In this document: piece by piece, positions 1 through 12,323 of the stretch
Position numbering within the stretch: the stretch's first letter is position 1
How the letters are laid out: every line of letters begins with the position of its first letter
Assembly (NCBI RefSeq): GCF_052907985.1
Contig: NZ_CM128594.1
Length of the DNA: 32,000 nucleotides
Strand: one strand, 5' to 3'
The notes under the pieces: model-generated
The model's database searches: none
Told to the model about the DNA's origin: nothing
The model's input: the letters and a program-made list of their open reading frames with translations, nothing else
Program-made: the position numbers and the translations under genes

Positions 1-702
1 GTGGAGTCGCCGTAAATGGTACTCCACCTGGTATTCGTTGGCATTTCTGAACATTACTGAATAATTCAAAAACTCCCCGCTCTCGCTATATGACAACGAG
101 GTGATCCGCAGCAGTGGTGTGTGTTCCGCTACCTTCATTTGCCGCGCCAGTAGTCTATCGGCGAGCACCGGCGTCAGGCTTTCATAATTACCGCCAATCA
201 GAATCCCGCACTCTTGTTCAATATATTCAAACTTCGACCCTTCCAGATGTTGCAGCGATAGGTTGCGGAACAGTTTTACCGGCATATAGCTGTCTTCCAG
301 CATCAGCGGTTTCCCTTCCACAAAACGAACGCGACGGGAGAAGTAGATCTGCTCGTTGATTTGAATCCGTAACTGGCTGGCAATGGCCGGAGGCGCAGGC
401 ATGATTTCAAATATTAGCACCTGGCTGGTGACCGTTTTTCCCTGGCGTTTTAACACCTCCACCAGCCCGGTCAGGCTGGCAGTTTGATGCAGTACATCTT
501 TGCGCACCAGATAAGTACCGCTGCCGTGGCGGCGGACCACCAACCCCCACGCCACCAGCAGGTCAATGGCTTTACGGATGGTCATCCGTGATACCGCAAA
601 TTCTTCCGCCAGCTTTTTTTCACCGGGAAGAAGACTGTTTAGCGTGAAATCCGCGGAGTTAAGTCGAATTCTTAACCGCTCCGCAATGCTTTTGTAGATC
701 AT
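1..702 (-). CDS. yidP: GntR-family transcriptional regulator YidP (GlvR-like), C-terminus cut off by window start
   Basis: Reverse strand reads MIYKSIAERLRIRLNSADFTLNSLLPGEKKLAEEFAVSRMTIRKAIDLLVAWG... with an open frame to ...EYQVEYHLRRLH at base 1. GntR wHTH (LAEEFAVSRMTIRKA). Divergent from glvCB. Not in the ORF track because it is incomplete. Confidence 0.93.
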   Translation of the reverse strand, partial: MIYKSIAERLRIRLNSADFTLNSLLPGEKKLAEEFAVSRMTIRKAIDLLVAWGLVVRRHGSGTYLVRKDVLHQTASLTGLVEVLKRQGKTVTSQVLIFEIMPAPPAIASQLRIQINEQIYFSRRVRFVEGKPLMLEDSYMPVKLFRNLSLQHLEGSKFEYIEQECGILIGGNYESLTPVLADRLLARQMKVAEHTPLLRITSLSYSESGEFLNYSVMFRNANEYQVEYHLRRLH

Positions 703-997
703 CTCTAGATCTCTTTTTTGCCTGCAAGCCCGGGTAAAGCGCCCACAAATTTCGATTAATCCGTTGAAAAAGCATCTTTTTTTTAGTGATGTGTTCGATG
801 CTGTGTACCCGTGTTCACAGATGTCTACTTTTTCGCGAAAACGTAGATCTCTACCGCTCAACGAAAAGCATGAAAGCGATCACGAATCCCACTGGGTCGT
901 CATGTTCTGCCGATAGCATCTTCCTATCCTCGCTCCAGGCCTGCCGCATAACCAATCAGGCTTCCTACTTACAGAATTGAGAAAAGAGGATGTGGAA

Positions 998-4856
<3,859 letters not shown>

Positions 4857-4992
4857 AACCTGAACTTAACAGAAAACAATCCGTTCAGGGATACGACGTT
4901 TGTATTTTAAGAATCTGACTGCCTGACCCGACGCATTTTACCTCTCCCTATATTCATGCGTCCGGGACATAAACATAAATAAGGGCTATGAG

Positions 4993-6708
4993 ATGAATTC
5001 GTTACAAATCTTGAGTTTTGTCGGTTTTACGCTGCTGGTGGCGGTCATCACCTGGTGGAAGGTCCGCAAAACAGATACCGGATCGCAACAAGGCTATTTT
5101 CTTGCCGGACGTTCACTAAAAGCGCCGGTTATTGCCGCTTCGTTAATGTTAACCAACCTTTCCACGGAACAACTGGTTGGACTTTCCGGGCAGGCCTACA
5201 AAAGCGGCATGTCGGTGATGGGCTGGGAAGTCACTTCTGCGGTGACGCTGATCTTCCTCGCGCTAATCTTTTTACCGCGCTATCTGAAGCGTGGCATTGC
5301 CACCATCCCCGATTTCCTGGAGGAACGTTATGATAAAACGACGCGTATTATCATCGACTTCTGCTTCCTCATTGCCACCGGTGTCTGCTTTCTGCCGATT
5401 GTTCTCTACTCCGGCGCGTTGGCGCTCAACAGCCTGTTTCACGTCGGGGAATCGTTACAAATTTCCCACGGCGCAGCGATCTGGCTACTGGTTATTTTGC
5501 TTGGCCTGGCGGGAATTTTGTATGCGGTGATCGGCGGACTGCGCGCAATGGCAGTGGCGGACTCCATTAACGGTATTGGGCTGGTTATTGGCGGGTTGAT
5601 GGTGCCGATATTTGGCCTGATCGCGATGGGCAAGGGCAGCTTTATGCAGGGCATTGAGCAACTCACCACCGTTCACGCCGAGAAATTAAACTCAGTCGGT
5701 GGCCCGACCGATCCCTTGCCGATTGGCGCGGCATTTACCGGTTTGATTCTGGTGAACACCTTTTACTGGTGTACAAATCAGGGCATCGTGCAACGCACGC
5801 TGGCGTCAAAAAGCCTGGCGGAAGGGCAAAAGGGGGCGCTGTTAACGGCGGTGCTGAAAATGCTCGACCCGCTGGTACTGGTGCTGCCAGGGTTGATTGC
5901 GTTTCATCTGTATCAGGATTTACCTAAAGCCGACATGGCCTACCCGACGCTGGTCAATAACGTTCTGCCAGTGCCACTGGTGGGTTTCTTCGGCGCGGTG
6001 TTATTTGGTGCGGTGATCAGTACCTTCAACGGCTTTCTGAATAGCGCCAGTACGTTGTTCAGTATGGGTATTTACCGGCGCATCATTAACCAGAATGCCG
6101 AGCCGCAACAGCTGGTCACCGTTGGGCGCAAATTTGGTTTCTTTATCGCCATCGTTTCGGTGCTGGTCGCGCCGTGGATCGCCAACGCGCCGCAGGGGCT
6201 GTATAGCTGGATGAAACAGCTCAACGGTATTTACAACGTGCCGCTGGTTACCATCATCATTATGGGCTTTTTCTTCCCGCGCATTCCGGCGCTGGCGGCA
6301 AAAGTGGCGATGGGGATTGGCATAATCAGCTACATCACCATCAACTATCTGGTGAAGTTCGACTTCCATTTCCTCTATGTGCTGGCCTGTACGTTCTGTA
6401 TCAACGTGGTAGTGATGCTGGTGATCGGTTTTATCAAACCGCGCGCCACGCCGTTCACCTTCAAAGATGCGTTTGCGGTGGACATGAAACCGTGGAAAAA
6501 CGTCAAGATCGCGTCAATTGGTATCCTGTTCGCGATGATTGGCGTCTATGCCGGGCTGGCTGAATTCGGCGGCTACGGTACGCGCTGGTTAGCGATGATC
6601 AGTTATTTCATCGCTGCCGTAGTGATTGTCTACCTGATTTTGGACAGCTGGCGGCATCGTCACGACCCAGCCGTAACCTTTACTCCCGACGCGAAGGATA
6701 GCCTATGA
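4993..6708 (+). CDS. yidK: Sodium:solute symporter family transporter YidK
   Basis: 571 aa multi-TM SSS-family protein (LSTEQLVGLSGQAYKSGMSVMGWE, STFNGFLNSASTLFSMGIYRR). Confidence 0.93.
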   Translation: MNSLQILSFVGFTLLVAVITWWKVRKTDTGSQQGYFLAGRSLKAPVIAASLMLTNLSTEQLVGLSGQAYKSGMSVMGWEVTSAVTLIFLALIFLPRYLKRGIATIPDFLEERYDKTTRIIIDFCFLIATGVCFLPIVLYSGALALNSLFHVGESLQISHGAAIWLLVILLGLAGILYAVIGGLRAMAVADSINGIGLVIGGLMVPIFGLIAMGKGSFMQGIEQLTTVHAEKLNSVGGPTDPLPIGAAFTGLILVNTFYWCTNQGIVQRTLASKSLAEGQKGALLTAVLKMLDPLVLVLPGLIAFHLYQDLPKADMAYPTLVNNVLPVPLVGFFGAVLFGAVISTFNGFLNSASTLFSMGIYRRIINQNAEPQQLVTVGRKFGFFIAIVSVLVAPWIANAPQGLYSWMKQLNGIYNVPLVTIIIMGFFFPRIPALAAKVAMGIGIISYITINYLVKFDFHFLYVLACTFCINVVVMLVIGFIKPRATPFTFKDAFAVDMKPWKNVKIASIGILFAMIGVYAGLAEFGGYGTRWLAMISYFIAAVVIVYLILDSWRHRHDPAVTFTPDAKDSL

Positions 6709-8198
6709 AACGCCCCAATTTTCTGTTCATCATGACCGATACCCAGGCCACCAATATGGTCGGTTGCTATAGCGGTAAGCCGCTGAATACGAAAAATATT
6801 GATAGTCTGGCGGCGGAAAGTATTCGCTTTAATTCCGCCTATACCTGTTCACCGGTTTGTACACCAGCGCGCGCCGGGCTGTTTACCGGTATCTACGCTA
6901 ACCAGTCCGGCCCGTGGACCAATAACGTCGCGCCGGGCAAAAACATCTCCACTATGGGACGCTACTTTAAGGATGCGGGCTATCACACCTGTTACATTGG
7001 CAAATGGCATCTCGACGGTCATGACTATTTCGGCACTGGCGAGTGTCCGCCGGAGTGGGACGCTGATTACTGGTTCGATGGGGCGAACTACCTTAGCGAA
7101 CTGACGGAAAAAGAGATCAGCCTGTGGCGCAATGGCCTAAACAGTGTTGAGGATTTACAGGCGAACCAGATCGACGAAACCTTCACCTGGGCGCACCGCA
7201 TCAGCAATCGGGCGGTAGATTTTCTGCAACAGCCCGCGCGCGCCGAGGAACCCTTCCTGATGGTGGTTTCGTATGATGAGCCGCATCACCCGTTCACTTG
7301 TCCGGTTGAGTATTTAGAGAAATACGCTGATTTTTACTACGAACTTGGCGAGAAATCACAGGATGACCTGGCGAACAAACCGGAACATCACCGCTTATGG
7401 GCGCAGGCAATGCCATCGCCAGTCGGTGATGACGGGCTTTATCACCATCCGCTCTATTTTGCCTGCAATGACTTTGTTGATGACCAAATTGGACGGGTCA
7501 TCAACGCATTAACGCCAGAGCAGCGTGAAAGTACGTGGGTCATTTATACCTCCGATCACGGCGAAATGATGGGCGCACATAAGCTGATCAGTAAAGGAGC
7601 CGCGATGTATGACGACATCACCCGTATTCCGCTGATCATCCGTTCGCCGCAAGGGGAGCGGCGGCAGGTCGATACACCTGTCAGTCATATCGATTTACTG
7701 CCGACAATGATGGCGCTGGCAGATATTGAAAAACCAGACATTCTGCCAGGGGAAAATATCCTTACTGTGAAAGAGCCGCGTGGCGTGATGGTGGAATTTA
7801 ACCGTTATGAGATTGAGCATGACAGCTTTGGCGGTTTTATTCCGGTGCGTTGCTGGGTGACGGATGATTTTAAACTGGTGCTAAACCTCTTCACCAGTGA
7901 TGAACTTTACGATCGCCGTAACGACCCAAATGAAATGCATAACCTGATCGATGATATCCGTTTTGCCGACGTTCGCAGCAAAATGCATGACGCCTTGCTG
8001 GATTACATGGACAAAATTCGCGATCCGTTCCGCAGTTACCAATGGAGTCTGCGTCCGTGGCGTAAAGATGCGCAACCGCGCTGGATGGGGGCGTTCCGTC
8101 CACGCCCACAGGATGGCTATTCGCCGGTAGTACGCGATTATGACACCGGCCTGCCAACACAAGGGGTGAAGGTGGAAGAGAAAAAACAGAAGTTTTGA
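6705..8198 (+). CDS. yidJ: Sulfatase family protein YidJ (Cys-type active-site motif)
   Basis: 497 aa; NFLFIMTDTQATNMVGCYSG N-terminus, CSPVCTPARAGLFTG sulfatase signature (C-T-P-A-R), YTSDHGEMMGAH metal-binding block. Start overlaps yidK stop. Confidence 0.93.
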   Translation: MKRPNFLFIMTDTQATNMVGCYSGKPLNTKNIDSLAAESIRFNSAYTCSPVCTPARAGLFTGIYANQSGPWTNNVAPGKNISTMGRYFKDAGYHTCYIGKWHLDGHDYFGTGECPPEWDADYWFDGANYLSELTEKEISLWRNGLNSVEDLQANQIDETFTWAHRISNRAVDFLQQPARAEEPFLMVVSYDEPHHPFTCPVEYLEKYADFYYELGEKSQDDLANKPEHHRLWAQAMPSPVGDDGLYHHPLYFACNDFVDDQIGRVINALTPEQRESTWVIYTSDHGEMMGAHKLISKGAAMYDDITRIPLIIRSPQGERRQVDTPVSHIDLLPTMMALADIEKPDILPGENILTVKEPRGVMVEFNRYEIEHDSFGGFIPVRCWVTDDFKLVLNLFTSDELYDRRNDPNEMHNLIDDIRFADVRSKMHDALLDYMDKIRDPFRSYQWSLRPWRKDAQPRWMGAFRPRPQDGYSPVVRDYDTGLPTQGVKVEEKKQKF

Positions 8199-8200
8199 CG

Positions 8201-8235
8201 ATAATGCCCGCTGATGATCACCCGGCGGGCATTAT
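8201..8235. terminator. Hairpin between convergent yidJ and yidI
   Basis: Perfect 11-bp stem ATAATGCCCGC ... GCGGGCATTAT. Confidence 0.65.
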
Positions 8236-8244
8236 TCAGGCTGC

Positions 8245-8694
8245 TTAAACCAGCGAACCGCCGGTCAGGAAGGAAAAGATAAGGAATATCAGCAAAATGC
8301 TGCACACGATGCCGATACCAAAAAGCAAGGTATGGAAAGCCAGCGTCCCGCCGCCAAAAACCAGAGCGCCGCGAATGCCCCAGCGATTTTCCTTACGCAT
8401 ACCGCCAATAAATGCGCAAAGTAGCGCGGCAATGGCCAGTGCGATTCCACCTTGATCGAGGATTTTATCGACATCTACATCCTCTTTTTTCTCCACGGTG
8501 GTAATTTTTTCGCCTTTTATTCCGGCGAGAAGACCTCTTTTAATTTCAGCCGTTTTGTCCGCCACGATGCTTTCAAGCGTTGGCGGTGGTGCGGAAAAAG
8601 GGCCGAATGAAAAGTGGATAATCCCCATTATTAAAGCGATGGCACCGAACAGCATGCCCAATGAACTGATTTTATTTTGCGCTATGATACCCAT
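8245..8694 (-). CDS. yidI: Inner membrane protein YidI
   Basis: 149 aa from MGIIAQNKISSLGMLFGAIALIMG. The longer 8802 start in the track is a TTG without support. Confidence 0.88.
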   Translation of the reverse strand: MGIIAQNKISSLGMLFGAIALIMGIIHFSFGPFSAPPPTLESIVADKTAEIKRGLLAGIKGEKITTVEKKEDVDVDKILDQGGIALAIAALLCAFIGGMRKENRWGIRGALVFGGGTLAFHTLLFGIGIVCSILLIFLIFSFLTGGSLV

Positions 8695-8801
8695 CTGACC
8701 TCCTTGTAGCGGATGGCAAAAGCATATCAGGAAACGGGTGGACGAAATTCTTAAAAAAACCGCTAAAGGTAGAGCGTTAGTGAAATTGCAAAGGAGCAAC
8801 A

Positions 8802-9149
8802 ATGAAAATTTCCCGCCTCGGAGAAGCGCCCGATTACCGCTTCTCGCTGGCTAATGAGCGTACTTTTTTGGCGTGGACCCGTACTGCACTAGGATTTCTG
8901 GCGGCGGGGGTTGGGCTTGATCAACTTGCGCCAGATTTCGCCACGCCCGTCATTCGCGAACTGCTGGCGTTGTTGTTGTGTCTGTTTTCCGGCGGGTTAG
9001 CGATGTATGGCTACTTGCGCTGGTTACGCAATGAAAAAGCGATGCGTCTGAAAGAGGACCTGCCCTATACCAACAGCTTATTAATCATCAGCTTAATATT
9101 GATGGTCGTGGCGGTGATCGTTATGGGACTGGTGTTGTATGCCGGATAG
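8802..9149 (+). CDS. yidH: DUF202-type inner membrane protein YidH
   Basis: 115 aa, MKISRLGEAPDYRFSLANERTFLAWTRTALGFLAAG; AAGGAG RBS just upstream. Confidence 0.92.
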   Translation: MKISRLGEAPDYRFSLANERTFLAWTRTALGFLAAGVGLDQLAPDFATPVIRELLALLLCLFSGGLAMYGYLRWLRNEKAMRLKEDLPYTNSLLIISLILMVVAVIVMGLVLYAG

Positions 9150-9501
9150 CCGCAAAGCCAGACGCATTGCCGACCCAGGGCTGCAGCCGGAGCGTACATC
9201 ACTGGCGTGGTTTCGTACCATGCTGGGCTACGGCGCGTTGATGGCGTTGGCTATCAAACACAACTGGCACCAGGCGGGCATGTTATTCTGGATTTCGATT
9301 GGCATCCTCGCCATCGTAGCGCTGATCCTCTGGCACTACACCCGTAATCGCAATTTAATGGATGTCACGAATAGCGATTTTTCCCAATTTCACGTAGTCC
9401 GTGACAAATTTTTGATCTCCCTCGCGGTGTTATCTCTCGCAATACTGTTTGCTGTAACGCATATACATCAACTTATCGTATTTATTGAGAGAGTCGCATG
9501 A
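9139..9501 (+). CDS. yidG: DUF202-type inner membrane protein YidG
   Basis: 120 aa, PGLQPERTSLAWFRTMLGYGALMALAI; overlaps yidH stop. Confidence 0.92.
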   Translation: MPDSRKARRIADPGLQPERTSLAWFRTMLGYGALMALAIKHNWHQAGMLFWISIGILAIVALILWHYTRNRNLMDVTNSDFSQFHVVRDKFLISLAVLSLAILFAVTHIHQLIVFIERVA

Positions 9502-9995
9502 CAGGAAGTCAGGTCATTGATGCTGAAGAGGACAGGCATAAACTGGTTGTAGAGTATAAGGATGCTCTGCAACCTGCCGATTTTTATTACAATTTCAAAC
9601 AGCGGGGCATCCGCTCCGTACAGCTTATTCCCCATCTTGAATTTGATGACCGGGGCGATCTGACGGCCGCTTCGGTGACAGCAGAGCTGTGGGGGAAATT
9701 TTTAATTGCCCTGTTCGAGTGTTGGGTACGGGCAGATATCAGTCGTATCTCGATTGAGCTTTTTGACGCCACCCTACAAAAATGGTGTGGCAGCGAAAAC
9801 CCGCAACCGCGCCGTGGCTGCCAGGCGTGCGACTGGCATCGGCTGTGCCCGCACGCTCGGGAGGAGACGCCAGACAACGTGCTTTGTGCGGGCTATCAGG
9901 CGTTTTATTCTTACTCCGCGCCGCATATGCGGGTGATGCGTGATCTGATAAAGCAGCATCGTTCTCCCATGGAGCTGATGACGATGCTGCGGTGA
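9498..9995 (+). CDS. yidF: YidF, resembling the C-terminal SPASM-type region of anaerobic sulfatase maturases, with no radical-SAM core
   Basis: 165 aa; Cys pattern WCGSENPQPRRGCQACDWHRLCPHAREE...NVLCAGYQAFYSYSAPHMRVMRDLI; no CxxxCxxC motif. Confidence 0.85.
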   Translation: MTGSQVIDAEEDRHKLVVEYKDALQPADFYYNFKQRGIRSVQLIPHLEFDDRGDLTAASVTAELWGKFLIALFECWVRADISRISIELFDATLQKWCGSENPQPRRGCQACDWHRLCPHAREETPDNVLCAGYQAFYSYSAPHMRVMRDLIKQHRSPMELMTMLR

Positions 9996-10002
9996 CGTGA
10001 GC

Positions 10003-11187
10003 TTAAACGGGCTGCCCCTGATGCGACATCCGCGTCGCCAGCGGTAGCCAGCACAGCACGATCAACAATCCCATTAAGGTCATCAACAACCCCAGGCTGC
10101 CCTGACCGGTTTGCGGCAACATCGCAGAGAGCGACGCAAGCACGCCGGAACCAATGTTTTGCAGACCGCCGACCAGCGCGCCAGCCGTGCCCGCCAGGAA
10201 GGGGAACGGTTCCATTGCGCCGCTGGTCGCCAGCGGAAACAGCATCCCGGCACCGAAAAAGAACAGCGCGGCAGGAACAAGCAATGTCCAGACATTCATC
10301 ACGCCAAACCAGTCGGGGATCCACATCAGCAAGCCAGCCAGCAGGCAGCAGATAACCGACTGCCACATCAACGTCGGGAATCGTTTATTAGGACGCCCGG
10401 CAAACCATGCTCCAAAAAATGCCGCCGGAATCGGCAGAATAAACAAAATACTGACCGTCATACTGCTCAGCCCTAATACCGCACCCATCAGCACGCCGGA
10501 GCAGGCTTCAAAGGCGGCAATCCCGGCCAGACCGCCAATCAGCATCAGCAAATAACAGTTAAAACCGCTGTTACCGAAAAGTGTTTTATAACTGGTAAGC
10601 AGGCGCGTGCGCGGTGCATCTACCGGACGCGTTTCCGGCATCCAGCGCGCCATACTGAAGGTCACACCGGCACAAAGTACCAACAGGAAGAGATAACAGG
10701 CGCGCCAGTTCCACATCGTATCCAGCAGACCGCCGATTAACGGTGCGAGCAACGGACTGACGAGAATCCCCATATTTAACAGGCTGTTAGCATGACGCAA
10801 CTGTGTCCGTTCATATAAATCACGCGGCAATGTACGCGCCATCACGCCGCCTACGCCGGTGCCCATCCCCTGCATCGCGCTGGCGGCAATCAACACCGTC
10901 AAACTGGAGGTCGTGACCGCGACCAGCGTTGCCAGCATAAAAATGGACATTCCGACGAGGATCACCGGTCGGCGACCCACACGGTCGGATATCGGGCCAT
11001 AAAACAGTTGCGAGACACCGTAAGTCAGCAGATAAGCGCCCATTACGCTTTGCACCGCCCCTTCACGAACGTTGAGATCGCGCGCCATATCGGCAATAGC
11101 TGGAATATAAATAGTTTGCGCCATCTGACCGACGGCCACGAGTAATACCAACATCAATAACAAATTGACGTTTCTATGCCTTTTCAT
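10003..11187 (-). CDS. emrD: Multidrug efflux MFS transporter EmrD
   Basis: 394 aa from MKRHRNVNLLLMLVLLVAVGQMAQTIYIPAIADMA; MFS motif GPISDRVGRRPVIL. Confidence 0.95.
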   Translation of the reverse strand: MKRHRNVNLLLMLVLLVAVGQMAQTIYIPAIADMARDLNVREGAVQSVMGAYLLTYGVSQLFYGPISDRVGRRPVILVGMSIFMLATLVAVTTSSLTVLIAASAMQGMGTGVGGVMARTLPRDLYERTQLRHANSLLNMGILVSPLLAPLIGGLLDTMWNWRACYLFLLVLCAGVTFSMARWMPETRPVDAPRTRLLTSYKTLFGNSGFNCYLLMLIGGLAGIAAFEACSGVLMGAVLGLSSMTVSILFILPIPAAFFGAWFAGRPNKRFPTLMWQSVICCLLAGLLMWIPDWFGVMNVWTLLVPAALFFFGAGMLFPLATSGAMEPFPFLAGTAGALVGGLQNIGSGVLASLSAMLPQTGQGSLGLLMTLMGLLIVLCWLPLATRMSHQGQPV

Positions 11188-11361
11188 TATCACGGATGCT
11201 TTTATAAAAATAATTAGAATAAGTCACTACGCATTCCCATAAATGCGGGAGAGGAATCTATCACATTGATGAATGTTAGCCAGATATACGCCAGGAATGG
11301 GGAATTGTTTAGCGGCAGAATATGTAAACAAAAGCGGCAATAAATGTTGCCGGGAGGGATG

Positions 11362-11400
11362 GTAGGTCGGATAAGATGCGTCAGCATCGCATCCGACACC
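11362..11400. repeat. REP-like palindromic element
   Basis: GTAGGTCGGATAAGATGCGTCAGCATCGCATCCGACACC, an imperfect hairpin matching the E. coli REP/PU pattern. Confidence 0.7.
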
Positions 11401-11419
11401 AACCCACACGCTAAATATA

Positions 11420-11447
11420 AAAGGGGAGCGGTTACCCGCTCCCCTTT
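11420..11447 (-). terminator. Probable terminator of the tisB transcript
   Basis: Perfect 11-bp stem AAAGGGGAGCG/CGCTCCCCTTT immediately 3' of tisB on the minus strand, followed by TTATATTTA. Confidence 0.65.
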
Positions 11448-11466
11448 GGTGCGACTTGAATCTGAA

Positions 11467-11556
11467 TTACTTCAGGTATTTCAGAACAGCATCAAGCAGT
11501 TGCAGTGCTGCAACAATGAGTTTGAGGATAAGAATGGCGATATCCACCAGGCTCAT
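11467..11556 (-). CDS. tisB: TisB, SOS-induced membrane toxin peptide (29 aa)
   Basis: Reverse strand translates to MSLVDIAILILKLIVAALQLLDAVLKYLK*; in the emrD-ivbL interval with IstR upstream. Too short for the ORF track. Confidence 0.95.
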   Translation of the reverse strand: MSLVDIAILILKLIVAALQLLDAVLKYLK

Positions 11557-11791
11557 ACGCGTCTCCTGTGGTTCAGGAGCACTGCCAGCTGACGTACCTT
11601 TCCGCTGCCTGTTGCCAGCTGTTGTGCACGCGGTATCTCAAGGAGAAACGTTGTGCTGTTGACATAACACAGTGTGCTCTCGCGGGGTTAAGGCGCTGAC
11701 GGCACCACCCGTTTCAGCCAGGACTTAGTGCGCCGGGTAACGATGCGGCCCCCGCATAACACATTGCGTACAGTGATATTATAGAAGTGTA

Positions 11792-11807
11792 CTGTATAAA
11801 TAAACAG
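11792..11807. promoter_or_regulatory. LexA (SOS) box for tisB / istR
   Basis: CTGTATAAATAAACAG fits CTGT-N8-ACAG, upstream of tisB. Confidence 0.88.
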
Positions 11808-11915
11808 TAATTTTTAGACAAAACGCAAACTGTGATCGATACTCAACTATGCACTAAATACGTCAAAATTCGTGCCGAAATTGCGCGTTCTGCGCGGAAC
11901 ACGTATACTTTCAGT

Positions 11916-11990
11916 GTTGACATAATACAGTGTGCTTTGCGGTTACCAGCCGCGGGCGGCTGACGAAACCTCGCTCCGGCGGGGTTTTTT
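11916..11990 (+). ncRNA. istR: IstR-1 antisense sRNA, antitoxin to tisB, ending in its terminator
   Basis: 75-nt match to the known IstR-1 layout: GTTGACATAATACAGTGTGCTTTGCGGTTACC...GAAACCTCGCTCCGGCGGGGTTTTTT. Confidence 0.92.
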
Positions 11991-12119
11991 ATTGCCTGCT
12001 TTTCAGTACAAAACGTGATCAATCCCTCAATTTTCCCTTGATGAAAAATTTTCCATTGTCTCCCCTGTAAACCTGTGCTTGTATAAATATTGTTAAACAC
12101 AAAACCAACAAGGTCCCCA

Positions 12120-12218
12120 ATGACTACTTCCATGCTCAACGCAAAACTACTACCAACTGCGCCATCCGCCGCAGTGGTCGTCGTGCGTGTGGTGGTGGTC
12201 GTCGGCAATGCGCCGTAG
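12120..12218 (+). CDS. ivbL: ilvBN operon leader peptide IvbL
   Basis: MTTSMLNAKLLPTAPSAAVVVVRVVVVVGNAP*, Val-rich attenuation leader. Confidence 0.96.
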   Translation: MTTSMLNAKLLPTAPSAAVVVVRVVVVVGNAP

Positions 12219-12241
12219 GGACTGGAACAACACACGATTCC

Positions 12242-12275
12242 AAAACCCCGCCGGCGCAAACCGGGCGGGGTTTTT
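12242..12275 (+). terminator. ilvBN attenuator terminator
   Basis: AAAACCCCGCC...GGGCGGGGTTTTT hairpin with T-run between ivbL and ilvB. Confidence 0.9.
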
Positions 12276-12323
12276 CGTTTAAGCACCTCCCGGAAAGTCG
12301 GCCCAGAAGAAAAGGACTGGAGC

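Noticed and set aside
9911-10366. 151 aa minus-strand ORF overlapping emrD and yidF ends
   Set aside because: Shadow frame of emrD, low-complexity Arg/Cys-rich translation, no RBS or family signal.
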